Assembly: GCA_965199955.1 (NCBI GenBank)
Contig: CBDATQ010000002.1
Location: forward strand, 928,001-992,000
Source: Spirochaetia bacterium
Lineage (GTDB): Bacteria; Spirochaetota; Spirochaetia; SZUA-6; Bin103
DNA length: 64,000 nt
Direction of reading: 5' to 3'
Positions 1 through 9,479 of this stretch are shown here, one piece after another (the first letter of the stretch is position 1; every line of letters begins with the position of its first letter). The translations under genes were made by a program, and so were the position numbers. The notes beneath the pieces were generated by a model that was not told where the DNA came from, searched no databases, and worked only from the letters and a program-made list of their open reading frames with translations.

Positions 1-244
1 TCCCGCACGAGATGTCGAACCCGACCCCGGACGGGCTGATCCGGCCCGCGTACGCGACCACCCCGCCGATCGGCACGGCATAGCCAAGGTGGTGGTCGGC
101 CATGAGCGCCGCCCGCTTGGCCCGCGTGGCGCAGCGGCGCATCTGCTCCACCGCTCCGGAGTCCGGCTCGCCCCAGACCGGGATGCCGTCGAGCATGCGG
201 TATCCTTGGCCGCTACGAGCCGCGCCGCGTTCCTGTGGTTGCAT
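1..244 (-). CDS. rtcB: RtcB-family RNA ligase, 5' part (runs off the window edge)
   Basis: Manual translation of the minus strand from ATG 244 gives ...RAALMADHHLGYAVPIGGVVAYAGRISPSGVGFDISCG, the RtcB N-terminal motifs (D-x-H-x-G-Y-x-x-PIGGV; GVG-x-DI-x-CG). Absent from the ORF track because it is truncated. Confidence 0.9.
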   Translation of the reverse strand, partial: MQPQERGAARSGQGYRMLDGIPVWGEPDSGAVEQMRRCATRAKRAALMADHHLGYAVPIGGVVAYAGRISPSGVGFDISCG

Positions 245-260
245 GCTGGCGTCCGCCGGA

Positions 261-716
261 CTATTCGCGCAAGGCGTTGGAGATTTCCTGCGCGGCATCC
301 ACTTTTTCGAACATCGAAATGTGGTCGCCCTCGATGGGGATGACCGTGGCGCCTCTGGACTCGAGGAACGCGACCTCGTCTTCGGTCAGCCGCCCGACGA
401 GGACGTCCTGGGTCCCGTATACATAGATGACGCGTTGCAGATCCGTGGCGGCGAGCCGTTCCGTGTAGCGGTCGTGTCCCGTGGCGCCGGCGCCCTCCGG
501 GTTGCGGACCACGCCCTCGAAGAACCACTCCTCTTCGAGCAGCTCCTGCAGCTCGGCCGGCCCGTCGCCGGCGTGATGGTCATCCAGCCAGCGGCGGCAG
601 CGGGCGTCGATCTCCTCCGGGCCGACCCCTTCGAGCATCAGGTGCCCGTACTTGCAGAACTCCAGGACCTGCGAGTCGGTCAGTGTGGGCGCGCAGTCGT
701 AGGCGCTGTGGTCCAT
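261..716 (-). pseudogene. Chimeric ORF: PhyH-family N-terminus fused to an alpha/beta-hydrolase-like C-terminus
   Basis: The N-terminus LTDSQVLEFCKYGHLMLEGV is typical of PhyH starts but there is no HxD motif. The C-terminus IYVYGTQDVLV...IEGDHISMFE resembles the hydrolase Asp/His region. Confidence 0.55.
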
Positions 717-718
717 GG

Positions 719-1408
719 TCAGTGCACGTGGTACGCGTCGAGCAGCTCCTGCAGCGACACGTCCTGGCGCTCCAGCAGCTCGAACAGCGGCGCCTCCACG
801 TCCAGCACTGCCTGCGCCTGCTCCGGGACGCGGTCGGCGATCTCGGCCGGGATGGTCAGCAGTCCGCTCTCGTCTCCGTGCAGCAGGTCACCCGGATTGA
901 TCGTGAGGCCGCAGATCTCCACGGGCACGTCGAAGTCGATGATCGCCGGGATGCCATGAGAGACGACCAGCCCGGCAGCGAAGAGCTGGAAGCCGGGAAC
1001 GCGCCGCTCGATCCCGGCGCGGTCGCGCACGCCGCCGTCGGTGACCATGCCGGCAGCGCCCAGATGCTGCAGGGCACGCGCGGTCATGTCTCCACCGAAG
1101 CACGAGCGCAGCCGGTCCTGGCCGACGTGCTTGACGACGTACACGCTCGGCTGCGGCGCGGCCGCGATCCGTTCGAACAGCTCGGTGAGCCGGTCCGGGC
1201 GCGGGTCGGCAGGCGTGGTGGTGTCCGCGATCGCCGTGAACGCGTAGCCGACCAGCGGCGGCCGCTCCGGGAACAGGCACTTCAGGTCCAGGTTCGCGTA
1301 GCCGGCCGTGCGGTCGCGCACCGCGAAGCGCTCGACCGCGTTCATGACGGTCGGGCTGTCGAACCCTCGCAGCGCCTCTATCGTCCGTTCGCCCACCGCT
1401 CCAGCCAT
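719..1408 (-). CDS. RraA/HMG-aldolase family protein
   Basis: FDSPTVMNAVE, LVGYAFT, GGDM, VTDGGVRD and INPGDLLHGDESG motifs. Confidence 0.85.
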   Translation of the reverse strand: MAGAVGERTIEALRGFDSPTVMNAVERFAVRDRTAGYANLDLKCLFPERPPLVGYAFTAIADTTTPADPRPDRLTELFERIAAAPQPSVYVVKHVGQDRLRSCFGGDMTARALQHLGAAGMVTDGGVRDRAGIERRVPGFQLFAAGLVVSHGIPAIIDFDVPVEICGLTINPGDLLHGDESGLLTIPAEIADRVPEQAQAVLDVEAPLFELLERQDVSLQELLDAYHVH

Positions 1409-1478
1409 CGGCAACTCCTCCGCAATCGGCGCAGGCGGAAGGGAGGCGTTCGTCCCCGCCGACCGCGACCGGGCAACT

Positions 1479-1877
1479 CTACGTCTTGATGCGACGGCGG
1501 AACCAGTCGGCGAGCGCGGCGTCGTCGATGCGGCCGGCGGCGACGCCTTCCATGGTCTGGATCGCGTCCAGCGGGTCGAAGGCGAGGCTCAGGCCGTTGT
1601 CCGCCAGGAACAGGCGCGCGACGACCCAGGCGGTACGCTTGTTGCCGTCGAGGAAGACGTGGTTTTTTGCGAGGCCGTACGCGTACGGCGCTGCCAGCGC
1701 AGCTGCATCGGGCGCGCCGTAGCCGGCCAGGTTCAACGGGCGGGCCAGAGCGGACTCGATCGCTCCCGGGTCTCGGACTCCGTCCATCCCGCCATGCTCG
1801 GCGAGTTGACGGTCATGGACGGCGAACACGACGCCCGGCTGAACCCAGCGCCACGCGCCAGGCTCATCGGAGCTCAC
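1479..1877 (-). CDS. doc: Death-on-curing (Doc/Fic) toxin
   Basis: Fic motif HVFLDGNKRTA; GGMDGVRDPGAIESALARP. Confidence 0.9.
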   Translation of the reverse strand: MSSDEPGAWRWVQPGVVFAVHDRQLAEHGGMDGVRDPGAIESALARPLNLAGYGAPDAAALAAPYAYGLAKNHVFLDGNKRTAWVVARLFLADNGLSLAFDPLDAIQTMEGVAAGRIDDAALADWFRRRIKT

Positions 1878-2101
1878 TTTGCCAGCGCTCGCAACACCTC
1901 TCGGTCGTCGTGCATGATGTCCTCCGCGAGCGCCATCTGGCGCTCGAAGTCGGGATCGTAGGCGGTGATCCTGAAGCCGCCGTCCGGAGCTTCGGTCAGA
2001 AAGAGCGTGTCTCCCTTGCGCACCCGCAACTGCGCCAGCGCCGCCTTGCTGAGGATGATGCCGGAGGAAGAGCCGACGGTCGTCACCTTGAAAGAAAGCA
2101 T
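1874..2101 (-). CDS. AbrB/MazE-type antitoxin (75 aa)
   Basis: MLSFKVTTVGSSSGIILSKAALAQLRVRKGDTLFLTE...; its stop overlaps the doc start by 4 nt. Confidence 0.88.
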   Translation of the reverse strand: MLSFKVTTVGSSSGIILSKAALAQLRVRKGDTLFLTEAPDGGFRITAYDPDFERQMALAEDIMHDDREVLRALAK

Positions 2102-2114
2102 GGCACGTCCGCCG

Positions 2115-2132
2115 ATATAATCGCGATTATAT
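2115..2132. promoter_or_regulatory. Perfect 18-bp palindrome, probable TA operator
   Basis: ATATAATCG-CGATTATAT, 13 bp upstream of the antitoxin ATG; contains TATAAT on both strands. Confidence 0.75.
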
Positions 2133-2239
2133 GACGGGCCGGTCAAACGGGGCCTGGGAGCGTGTTCCGCCGCCTCTCGCGGTTGTCCTCGCCGCGTGCG
2201 CGTGCGACCTGGCCCGGTTCTGGACGGAGCCGGCGCAGC

Positions 2240-2390
2240 CACTGCGTGTACGCCACCTGCCGCGACGGCGCCGACAGCTACCACCTGATCGTCGCCCGGC
2301 AGGCGGTGGGAGACCGCTGCGAGCTGTTCCACGAGGTGAACCTCATGGACATCGACCTGGAGCTCGGCGACGTGATGTCGACGAGGTGCT
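2240..2390 (+). pseudogene. Isochorismatase/cysteine-hydrolase C-terminal relic
   Basis: HCVYATCRDGADSYHLIVARQAVGDRCELFHEVNLMDIDLELGDVMS; no N-terminal part. Coordinates approximate. Confidence 0.55.
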
Positions 2391-2540
2391 CGACGGGTCG
2401 AGCAGCCGCTCCAGCTCGTCCGCGTCGAGGTGGTGGCGGATGCGCGCGTCGGCGCGCATGGCGTCGCCGGCATCGCGCCCGCTCTCGAAGGAGTCCATGG
2501 TGATCTCGTGCACCAGCGCGTGCGCGCGATGGCCGTAGTA
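2390..2540 (-). pseudogene. Adenylosuccinate-lyase-like C-terminal relic
   Basis: AHALVHEITMDSFESG...IRHHLDADELERLLDPS resembles the ASL C-terminal domain. Coordinates approximate. Confidence 0.5.
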
Positions 2541-2598
2541 GAGGGCGTCGAGCAGGCCGGCGCTCCGGCCGCCGGCGTCGGCCGTCACGCGGGCAGGC

Positions 2599-4245
2599 TC
2601 ACGATCCCGAGGGGGTCAGCACCAGCACCCAGTCGTGGAAGGCCGGCGTCTGCGGCATCGCCCAGCGGTCCTCGGCGTCGCCACGCACCTCGCCCAGGTC
2701 ATGCGCCTCACCGGTGGACGGGTCGATCAACTCCGCGCGGTACGTCCGGCCCGGCTCCAACCGGCACGCGGCAACCGGCTTCATCACCTCGCACGGCACG
2801 TAGATCACCCGCACGCCGCCGTCGATGCCGGCGGCGTAGGGCTGGTGGCGGTCCTCCGCGCCCTGCGCGGGCTCGACCCACTCCGGGTGCGGCTCGAAGC
2901 GCCACCACGCGAAGCGCTCCAGGATCCGCTTGCCGACGCCGACTTGCGTGGATCCCGGGAACGACATCGCCTCGTCCCAGGGGCGTCCGCCCCAGGTCGT
3001 CCCGTGCGGCGATGCGCCGTACGGGCGGTCGCTGCGGTCCACCTGCCAGATGCCGTTTGCGCCATAGCTGTAGCCGGCCGCGCCCACCATCATGGTGGAC
3101 CAGAACTGGAACCGCTGGATGTCGTCGCGGTTGGTGCCGCGGATCATCTCGTAGTTGCCCTCGCTGTCCAGCACCGGCATGCGCGGCTCGGCCGCCAGCG
3201 CCTTCTCCATCATGTCGACCGCCTGCGCGGTGGCCGGATAGCCGTTGTGGCCGGTCTGCAGCCAGTGCAGGTCCATCGTGGCCGGATCGTCGACCTGGTC
3301 GGTGCCGAAGCGGGTCGGGTGGATGGTCAGCAGCCGGCCGTGCCCGTCGGTCGCCTTGATGTAGCGCGACATGTCGGACCAGACCGCGCGCCGGTCGGCC
3401 GGCAGCCACGGCTCGCCGCGGTAGATCAGGCGCTTCATCTCCCGGTTGGCTTCGCTCGTGTAGAACGGCATCAGCGCCTCGCCGGCCACGCACCAGGCGA
3501 CCGGGTACGCGCCCCAGCGGGCGATCACGTTGCGCCAGTGCGCCTTGAGGACATCGGCGCCGGCCACGTCCAGGAAGTACCCCCAGAAGCCGACCACGCA
3601 CGGCACCATGCCGCTGCGAACCAGGTGGGCGATGCGCACGTCGGCGGCGTCGAAGTACGCCGGGTTGATCGTGGAGAAGTCCTCGGCCCAGGGGAAGCCG
3701 CCGTCGCCGGCGCCGCGCTCGTCGAAGGGGTCCATGTCCGGATACAGCCCGGCCACCAGGTGGATGACGTTGAATCCCTTGGCGGAGCGGTCCGCGGCCA
3801 GCTCGCGCACGTCGTCCGGCCACCGCAGCCGCTGGCAGAGGCCCATCCACCAGGTGTCGCCCAGCCACAGGAACGGGGTTCCGTCGGCGTGCTCCAGGTG
3901 GCGGCGGTCGGCCGCCACCCGGAGCGGGCCGTGCCGGAGCAGCGGATTGGGCTCGTCGCCGTCCGCGGTGATTTCGAGCTCGCCGGCAAGACCGTGCAGG
4001 CCGACATCGCCGGCGTCGGAGCAGCGGGTGCGCCAGCGGTACGTGCCCGGCGTGGGGGAGGCATAGCGCGCTCCCCACGCGGAGCCGCCCGCCCAGAAGG
4101 CCGGGACCGCCCGCTCGTGCCCGTCCGGGCCGGTGACCATCAGGTCGAGGGTGATCTCGTTGAACGGGTCGGCGCGCTCGACGTCCGACCGGAAGCTCCA
4201 CTCGGCGACGTGGTTGGCGCGGCATCGGTTCTGGTAGGAGGCCAT
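2599..4245 (-). CDS. DUF5060/DUF4038 (apiosidase-like) putative glycoside hydrolase
   Basis: PFLWLGDTWW, KGFNVI, NPAYFDAAD, WCVAGE, DSEGNYE and YSYGANGIW motifs. Confidence 0.8.
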   Translation of the reverse strand: MASYQNRCRANHVAEWSFRSDVERADPFNEITLDLMVTGPDGHERAVPAFWAGGSAWGARYASPTPGTYRWRTRCSDAGDVGLHGLAGELEITADGDEPNPLLRHGPLRVAADRRHLEHADGTPFLWLGDTWWMGLCQRLRWPDDVRELAADRSAKGFNVIHLVAGLYPDMDPFDERGAGDGGFPWAEDFSTINPAYFDAADVRIAHLVRSGMVPCVVGFWGYFLDVAGADVLKAHWRNVIARWGAYPVAWCVAGEALMPFYTSEANREMKRLIYRGEPWLPADRRAVWSDMSRYIKATDGHGRLLTIHPTRFGTDQVDDPATMDLHWLQTGHNGYPATAQAVDMMEKALAAEPRMPVLDSEGNYEMIRGTNRDDIQRFQFWSTMMVGAAGYSYGANGIWQVDRSDRPYGASPHGTTWGGRPWDEAMSFPGSTQVGVGKRILERFAWWRFEPHPEWVEPAQGAEDRHQPYAAGIDGGVRVIYVPCEVMKPVAACRLEPGRTYRAELIDPSTGEAHDLGEVRGDAEDRWAMPQTPAFHDWVLVLTPSGS

Positions 4246-4303
4246 GGCCGCGAGTATACCGGTCCTTCCATCGGCGAAGAGCGGCGAATACACTGCCGGA
4301 CCC

Positions 4304-4453
4304 ATGGCAGCGGAAGAACGGGACGCGACCTACACGATGGGTCGGAGCGAAGGCGAGACCGAGCGCCTGATCGAGCAGTCACACCTGTACGAGAAGATGA
4401 CGCTCCGGATGCTGCGGCCGCACGTCACCGCGTACGCCCGCGTGCCGGTGTAG
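4304..4453 (+). pseudogene. N-terminal relic of a class I SAM methyltransferase
   Basis: YTMGRSEGETERLIEQSHLYEKMTLRML, ending before the SAM-binding motif. Confidence 0.5.
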
Positions 4454-4469
4454 GGCGGGAGTACGACCG

Positions 4470-5186
4470 ATGGAGATCCGCAAGCGGTTGCTGCTCACCG
4501 GCGGGGCGACCGGCATCGGCCGCGCCATCGCCATCGCCTGCGCGCCGCCGGCTGCGGTGGTCGTGGCCGACGTCAACGTCGAGGATGCCGAACGCACGGT
4601 CGAGTCGGTTCGTGCGTCGGGCGGCACCGCCCACTTCGTGCGCTGCGACGTCACCAGCGAGGAAGAGGTGCGCGCGCTGACTCGGACCACGGAGGAGCTG
4701 ATCGGCGGCATCGACGCTCTGGTCACCGCCGCCGGCGTGCTGCAGGCGGCGGCCGTGCCGGTCGAAGAGATCGACCCGGCCGACTGGACGCGCACGGTGG
4801 AAGTGAACGTCTACGGCTCGTTCTTCTGCGTCAAGCACGCGCTGCCCGCGCTGCGTGCGTCGCACTCCGGGGTGGTGATCCTGCTCGGATCGGGGGCCGG
4901 GATCGCTTCCGGCAGCTCATCGGTGCCCTACGCGACCAGCAAGGGAGGCGTCTACGGACTGTCGAAGGCGCTGACCCCGCGGCTGGCGGAGGACGGCATC
5001 AGGCTCAACCTGCTGATGCCGGGCAGCGTCGACACCCCGCTCAAGCGCCGCGCCGAGGAGGCGATGGACGCCAGCGGCAAGCCGCGCAACCAGGTCCTGG
5101 CGGACCCGGCCGGAGTGGCCAAGGTGGCGCGGTTCCTGCTGTCGGACGAGGGGGACTACGTCCGTGGCGAGGTAATGACGCGCTGA
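4470..5186 (+). CDS. SDR-family oxidoreductase
   Basis: TGGATGIG and YATSK motifs. Confidence 0.9.
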   Translation: MEIRKRLLLTGGATGIGRAIAIACAPPAAVVVADVNVEDAERTVESVRASGGTAHFVRCDVTSEEEVRALTRTTEELIGGIDALVTAAGVLQAAAVPVEEIDPADWTRTVEVNVYGSFFCVKHALPALRASHSGVVILLGSGAGIASGSSSVPYATSKGGVYGLSKALTPRLAEDGIRLNLLMPGSVDTPLKRRAEEAMDASGKPRNQVLADPAGVAKVARFLLSDEGDYVRGEVMTR

Positions 5187-5222
5187 CGATCTCCGCCGCC
5201 CTGGCCTGCAGGTAAGGGATGC

Positions 5223-5894
5223 CTACATGTACGGGATGATGGCGGTGGCCAGCGAGGTTTCGATCTCCCAGATTGCGGTGGATACCGCCTGACCGATCAG
5301 GTCGAGCTTGCGCACCTGCTGGATGCGTTCGGACGCACGCTCGAGCTCGCGCGGGGACAGCAGCTTCTTGAAGATCCCGCAGGCGTTGGCCAGGCAGATG
5401 ATGACGATGTCGCGCGGCTCGGGGATCTCGTCGCTGAACAGCACGCCCATGATCCGCTGCTTCACTTCCCGCTCGGCCTTGCCGCCGATCAGCGGGTAGC
5501 GCCGCGACCGGAACACCCACAGGAACCGGTCTTCCTTGCGCTCCAGGATTCCGCGCTCCACGAGCCGGTCGAGGGCGTTCTCGCGAATGTCGTCGGAGAG
5601 GTCGCCGATCCGTTCGACCCAGTACCGGGCGTCGTGTCGTTGCCCGGCATGCTTGATGGCCGCGAGGGTGGGATCGAACAACGGGTCCTCCAGCGGCGTG
5701 GAGTCCAGCAGCACCAACTCGTTCAGGTCGGTGTCGATCCGGTTGAGCAGCGCCAGGTCCATCAGCACGGCGCCGGACAGGGCATACCGTATCGTCGACC
5801 CTGACAGGTGCTCGAAGCGCCCACTCTGGTCGTCCAGGAGGAGCAGCATGATCTCCTCCGCGAAGGTCAGCGAGGTGCTCTGTTCTTGCGCCAT
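5223..5894 (-). CDS. GPP34 (GOLPH3/Vps74-like) family protein
   Basis: LTFAEEIMLLLLDD, GAVLMDLAL, LVERGIL and FLWVFRSRRYP motifs. Confidence 0.85.
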   Translation of the reverse strand: MAQEQSTSLTFAEEIMLLLLDDQSGRFEHLSGSTIRYALSGAVLMDLALLNRIDTDLNELVLLDSTPLEDPLFDPTLAAIKHAGQRHDARYWVERIGDLSDDIRENALDRLVERGILERKEDRFLWVFRSRRYPLIGGKAEREVKQRIMGVLFSDEIPEPRDIVIICLANACGIFKKLLSPRELERASERIQQVRKLDLIGQAVSTAIWEIETSLATAIIPYM

Positions 5895-5925
5895 GTTCGA
5901 TCCATCCTATTTGGGAGAACGCACC

Positions 5926-6027
5926 TTACCACAAGCTTGTGCCTGCGGGTCCTCGTAGGGGATCTCCCGGCTTGCGTCTTGTGACCGTGAAGGTCTTGAC
6001 CAGATGCTTGATCTCGATGGCCGCCAT
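5926..6027 (-). pseudogene. N-terminal relic of an ABC-transporter ATPase
   Basis: Manual translation MAAIEIKHLVKTFTVTRRKPG..., with a stop before Walker A. Confidence 0.5.
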
Positions 6028-6092
6028 TCAGCGACATCCACGCCTTCATGCGTACCGGCGTTCTCGGGCTCCGCCGGCCGATGGTTGGCCCA

Positions 6093-6878
6093 TCAGGTGG
6101 TCGGATGCTCCCAGCGCGGCGTCATGCCGTCCGGCTCGTGCTGGCGGACGTGGATCTGCGGCATGCGCGAGCCGCGGTGGGTGAACACCACCATGCTGTG
6201 AATCCAATAGCAGGGGTCCCCGCCGTGCGGGGCGTGGTTGAACTGCCGGTGGTACACGTACAGCGGCTTGAAGCCGACCGCGCGCGGTGGCACGACCACC
6301 GTCTGCACGTCGGTGTTGTCGGGGTTGGCGATCACCATCGATCCGGGGCCGGACACCACGTAGAAGCCCTCGACGCGGTTGTCGTGCTGGTGGATCTCGT
6401 TGCCCTCACCGGCCTGGAAGATCGCCGGGTAGTGGTGGGGGTACGCCGGGAACGGCTCGTGCGAGATCGTCACCACCGTGAGCATCTCGGCGCCGGGGTC
6501 GTTGACCCACTGGTGCCGCGTGCCCTCGGTGATCACCACCTCCAGCCCCGGCTGCAGGGGAATGTCCATCTGCCGCCCGGGCGGCTTGTCGAGCCAGACG
6601 CGCAGCGTGCCGGTCCCTTCGGTCACGTGCACGGCCTCGCTGTCGGCCTCCAGCCGGTCGCTGCTCGCTCCCGGCGCGATGATTCGTTCGCCCACCGTGA
6701 AGCGCTCGTCGCCCGTGGTCTGTTCGCACAGCAGCTTGACGAACCGGCCGTACGGCAGATCCTCGACGATGCCGTCCTCCTGGGTGACGACGATCTTGCC
6801 GGTGTAGGCCGGGTCCCGCCGCGGCAACGGAACGTACGGGACGCGTCCCTGCCCCGGCCAGATTGGTAACGACGACAT
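6093..6878 (-). CDS. Bicupin-domain protein
   Basis: EAVHVTEGTG...GTRHQWVN and HQHDNRVEGFYVVSG...YHRQFN. Confidence 0.75.
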   Translation of the reverse strand: MSSLPIWPGQGRVPYVPLPRRDPAYTGKIVVTQEDGIVEDLPYGRFVKLLCEQTTGDERFTVGERIIAPGASSDRLEADSEAVHVTEGTGTLRVWLDKPPGRQMDIPLQPGLEVVITEGTRHQWVNDPGAEMLTVVTISHEPFPAYPHHYPAIFQAGEGNEIHQHDNRVEGFYVVSGPGSMVIANPDNTDVQTVVVPPRAVGFKPLYVYHRQFNHAPHGGDPCYWIHSMVVFTHRGSRMPQIHVRQHEPDGMTPRWEHPTT

Positions 6879-6933
6879 CGGCACACCTCCTCGGTCGCGC
6901 TCGCCGCGCCGTTTGCATTGTACCGTAGGGACC

Positions 6934-7791
6934 ATGCTTCTGGGTGCCGCGGGCTATCACGCGGGCGACTTTCGCGCCCTGACCGACGAAACCGCCGCTG
7001 CCGCCGCGGCGTTGGGGCTGCGTGCGCTGAACGCGCGCACGGATGACCCGGACTCCGTCACACCGGGGGAGGCCGCCCGCTTCCGGGAGATCCTGGACCG
7101 CCACGGCATTGCCGCAGGCCAGACCGCCGGCAACTACGGCGGCGGCCTGGTCAGCGAGGACGGCGCCGAGCGGGAGCGCACGGTGCGGTTCGTTCAGGAG
7201 ATGTGCCGGCTGACGCGGCTGCTCGGCGCTCCGACCACCTACCTGCGGCCGGGCAGCCTGAACCCGCGCGGCGCCTGGCTGCCGCATCCGCGCAACCGGT
7301 CGCGGGAGGTGTTCGACCGGCTGGTGGACAGCGCCCGGCAGGTGTGCGCCGTGGCTGAGGGCGAGGGGGTGCTGGTGGCGGTCGAGGGCGGCGTGGTGTC
7401 GCCGCTGTACTCGCCTGCGCGGATCGAGGCGTTCATCACGGCGGTCGACTCGCCCGCGCTCGGCTTCAACCAGGACCCGGTCAACCTGATCGGCAGCCTG
7501 GAGCAGGCCTACGACACCGGCGCACTGATCGCGGACAGCTTCGACCGCCTGGGACGCTGGACGGTCAGCGCGCACGTCAAGGACTTCACGTTGGTGGAGG
7601 CGCTGCTGCCCCACTTCGAGGAGGCCGAGATCGGCGTGGGCATGCTGGACCAGGCGGCCTACCTGGCCCGGCTGCAGGCGACCCGGCCGGGCGTCCACGC
7701 CTACATCGAGCACCTTCCCGCCGACCGGTTCGCCGCCGCGGTGGCCGCGGTAACGGCGATCTCGCGCTCGGCCGGCATCGACTGGGACTGA
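6934..7791 (+). CDS. Sugar-phosphate isomerase/epimerase (xylose-isomerase-like TIM barrel)
   Basis: VAVEG, NQDPVN, AHVKD and YIEH metal motifs. Confidence 0.85.
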   Translation: MLLGAAGYHAGDFRALTDETAAAAAALGLRALNARTDDPDSVTPGEAARFREILDRHGIAAGQTAGNYGGGLVSEDGAERERTVRFVQEMCRLTRLLGAPTTYLRPGSLNPRGAWLPHPRNRSREVFDRLVDSARQVCAVAEGEGVLVAVEGGVVSPLYSPARIEAFITAVDSPALGFNQDPVNLIGSLEQAYDTGALIADSFDRLGRWTVSAHVKDFTLVEALLPHFEEAEIGVGMLDQAAYLARLQATRPGVHAYIEHLPADRFAAAVAAVTAISRSAGIDWD

Positions 7792-7806
7792 TCCCGGACT
7801 GCGTCC

Positions 7807-8253
7807 ATGGCCGACGACGCGGGGCGGGGCAGGTATCTCGGGGCGTACGCGCTGTGCCGTGACCCATCGGGTCGGCTGCTCCTGGCCCGCCTGGGTCCCG
7901 GCCTGCTGGACGAGGGGCTCTGGACTATGCCCGGGGGCGGGGTGGAGTGGGGCGAGGACCCCGACGACGCGGTCCTCCGCGAGCTCGAGGAGGAATCCGG
8001 CATCACGGACATCCGGGATTCCCGCGTCGCCGCGGTCTTCTCCCATGTCTTCGAACGGACCGCGGAGCGTCCGTACGACCCGTTCCACGTCGTCGGCCTG
8101 ATCTACGACGTGACGCCCGGCAGCTTCGACGTCCGTGCCGAACGGGACGGATCGACCGACCGCTGCGAGTGGTTCACCGAGCACCAGGCCCGGAAGCTGC
8201 CGCTCGTGCCGATCGCCCGGTTCGCCGTCGACTTGGCATGGCCGAAGCGGTAG
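7807..8253 (+). CDS. NUDIX hydrolase
   Basis: Nudix box PGGGVEWGEDPDDAVLRELEEESG. Confidence 0.92.
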   Translation: MADDAGRGRYLGAYALCRDPSGRLLLARLGPGLLDEGLWTMPGGGVEWGEDPDDAVLRELEEESGITDIRDSRVAAVFSHVFERTAERPYDPFHVVGLIYDVTPGSFDVRAERDGSTDRCEWFTEHQARKLPLVPIARFAVDLAWPKR

Positions 8254-8279
8254 CGGTGTGCGCTCAAGAGCAAGCACGC

Positions 8280-8708
8280 ATGACTGAAAAGGTTGCCGAT
8301 AGGAGCGAGTCTCGCGTTGCGCGGCCCGTCGACGCTGGCATCACAGATGACGAAACCGGCGCCATGCTGCGCGCCTTCTTCAACCTGGGCGAGCGCTGGG
8401 GGATCACCGACCGGCAGGGCTGAATCCTGCTGGGAGGGCCGGCGGCTCGGACCTACGCCCGCTGGAAAGCCGGTCAGGTCGAACCGTCGCGCATCTCGCG
8501 CGACACGCGAGAGCGTCTGTCCATGCTGATGGGCATTCACAAGAACCTGCGTAGCCTGTTCCCAGATCCGTCAAGCGCATACCGGTGGCTTCGCAAGCCT
8601 AACCGGGCGTTCGGCGGCGAGCCCGCGCTCGACCGCCTGCTGGCCGGATCCGTCCTGGGTCTGGCGGCTGTCCGTGCCTACCTCGACGCGGAGCTCACCG
8701 GGTGGTGA
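8280..8708 (+). pseudogene. Xre/MbcA/ParS antitoxin with in-frame TGA
   Basis: The frame continues across TGA 8421-8423: ...AFFNLGERWGITDRQG*ILLGG...TYARWKAG...RERLSMLMGIHKNLRSLF...WLRKPNRAFGGEPALD...VRAYLDA. Confidence 0.85.
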
Positions 8709-8960
8709 TCCCGCCGCTGAGCCGCGTTCGTTGGCCGAGGGCGTATCGCCTTGTTCGATTCGCCTATCCCCCGATCGACCCTTTCGAGGACATCGCCGAT
8801 CCGGCGGACCGCCAGTTGGTTTCGGCCGCCGAAGCCAAGAGCGATCCCCGGGTACGCGACGTACGCTCTCCCCGGTTCACGCGTCCCGAACTCCGGGACG
8901 CGTGTCTCCCCGACCACGTCGCGGGACGCGATCCTGATGCGGTCGCCAACTCTCACGCCA
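8702..8960 (+). pseudogene. RES-domain toxin, truncated N-terminal relic
   Basis: VRWPRAYRLVRFAYPPIDPFEDIADPAD...AEAKSDPRVRD, after which similarity is lost; overlaps the antitoxin stop. End approximate. Confidence 0.75.
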
Positions 8961-8963
8961 CGG

Positions 8964-9458
8964 TCAGCGCACGGTCGCGAACGGCCCGCGCGGGTCCCAG
9001 GACCAGAGCAGGTGGGTGACCTCGTCCACGGCCCGGTAGCAGTTGGCGCGCAACTCTGCCGCGGCGCCGTGGCCGGCCAGCGCCTGCTCCAGCTCGTCCG
9101 CGTCGATCGTGAACGGCGCCCTGCCCCGGCGGCGCACCACGTCCAGCTCGTGGTCGGTGTACCGCAGCTCGCCGTCGACGAGCCGTGCGGGACTCGCGAT
9201 ATGGACGTAGAGCTGGGTCAGGGCTCCGGCCTCGTTGTACATCTCCACCAGGTTGTAGGGCCGGGAGAACCAGTAGAACGCCCGGCCGTTGGACTTGTTG
9301 GCCCAGCCGCCCTTGGGGCCGCTGACCGGATTGCCGATGCGGGTGATCGTGCGCACGGAATCCTTGCCTATCGCCTCGATCTCGGCGGTCCATGAACGCC
9401 GTGGGGTCCCGTCGATGTTGGACACCACCACCCTGACGGGGTCACCGGCCTTCAGCAT
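8964..9458 (-). CDS. DUF402-domain protein
   Basis: YVHIASPA, YTDHELDV and DADEL motifs. Confidence 0.8.
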   Translation of the reverse strand: MLKAGDPVRVVVSNIDGTPRRSWTAEIEAIGKDSVRTITRIGNPVSGPKGGWANKSNGRAFYWFSRPYNLVEMYNEAGALTQLYVHIASPARLVDGELRYTDHELDVVRRRGRAPFTIDADELEQALAGHGAAAELRANCYRAVDEVTHLLWSWDPRGPFATVR

Positions 9459-9479
9459 CGAGCGTTCCGATCGCGGGCG

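Noticed and set aside
2635..4680. Long antisense/alternate-frame ORFs (also 9597-11978, 10067-12364, 14459-16363, 16823-18373 and many others)
   Set aside because: Arg/Ala/Pro-rich shadows expected in high-GC DNA, overlapping genes with clear family motifs.
8421..8423. Selenocysteine or readthrough at the in-frame TGA
   Set aside because: Not a Cys/redox position and the partner toxin is destroyed; a nonsense mutation is the simpler explanation.
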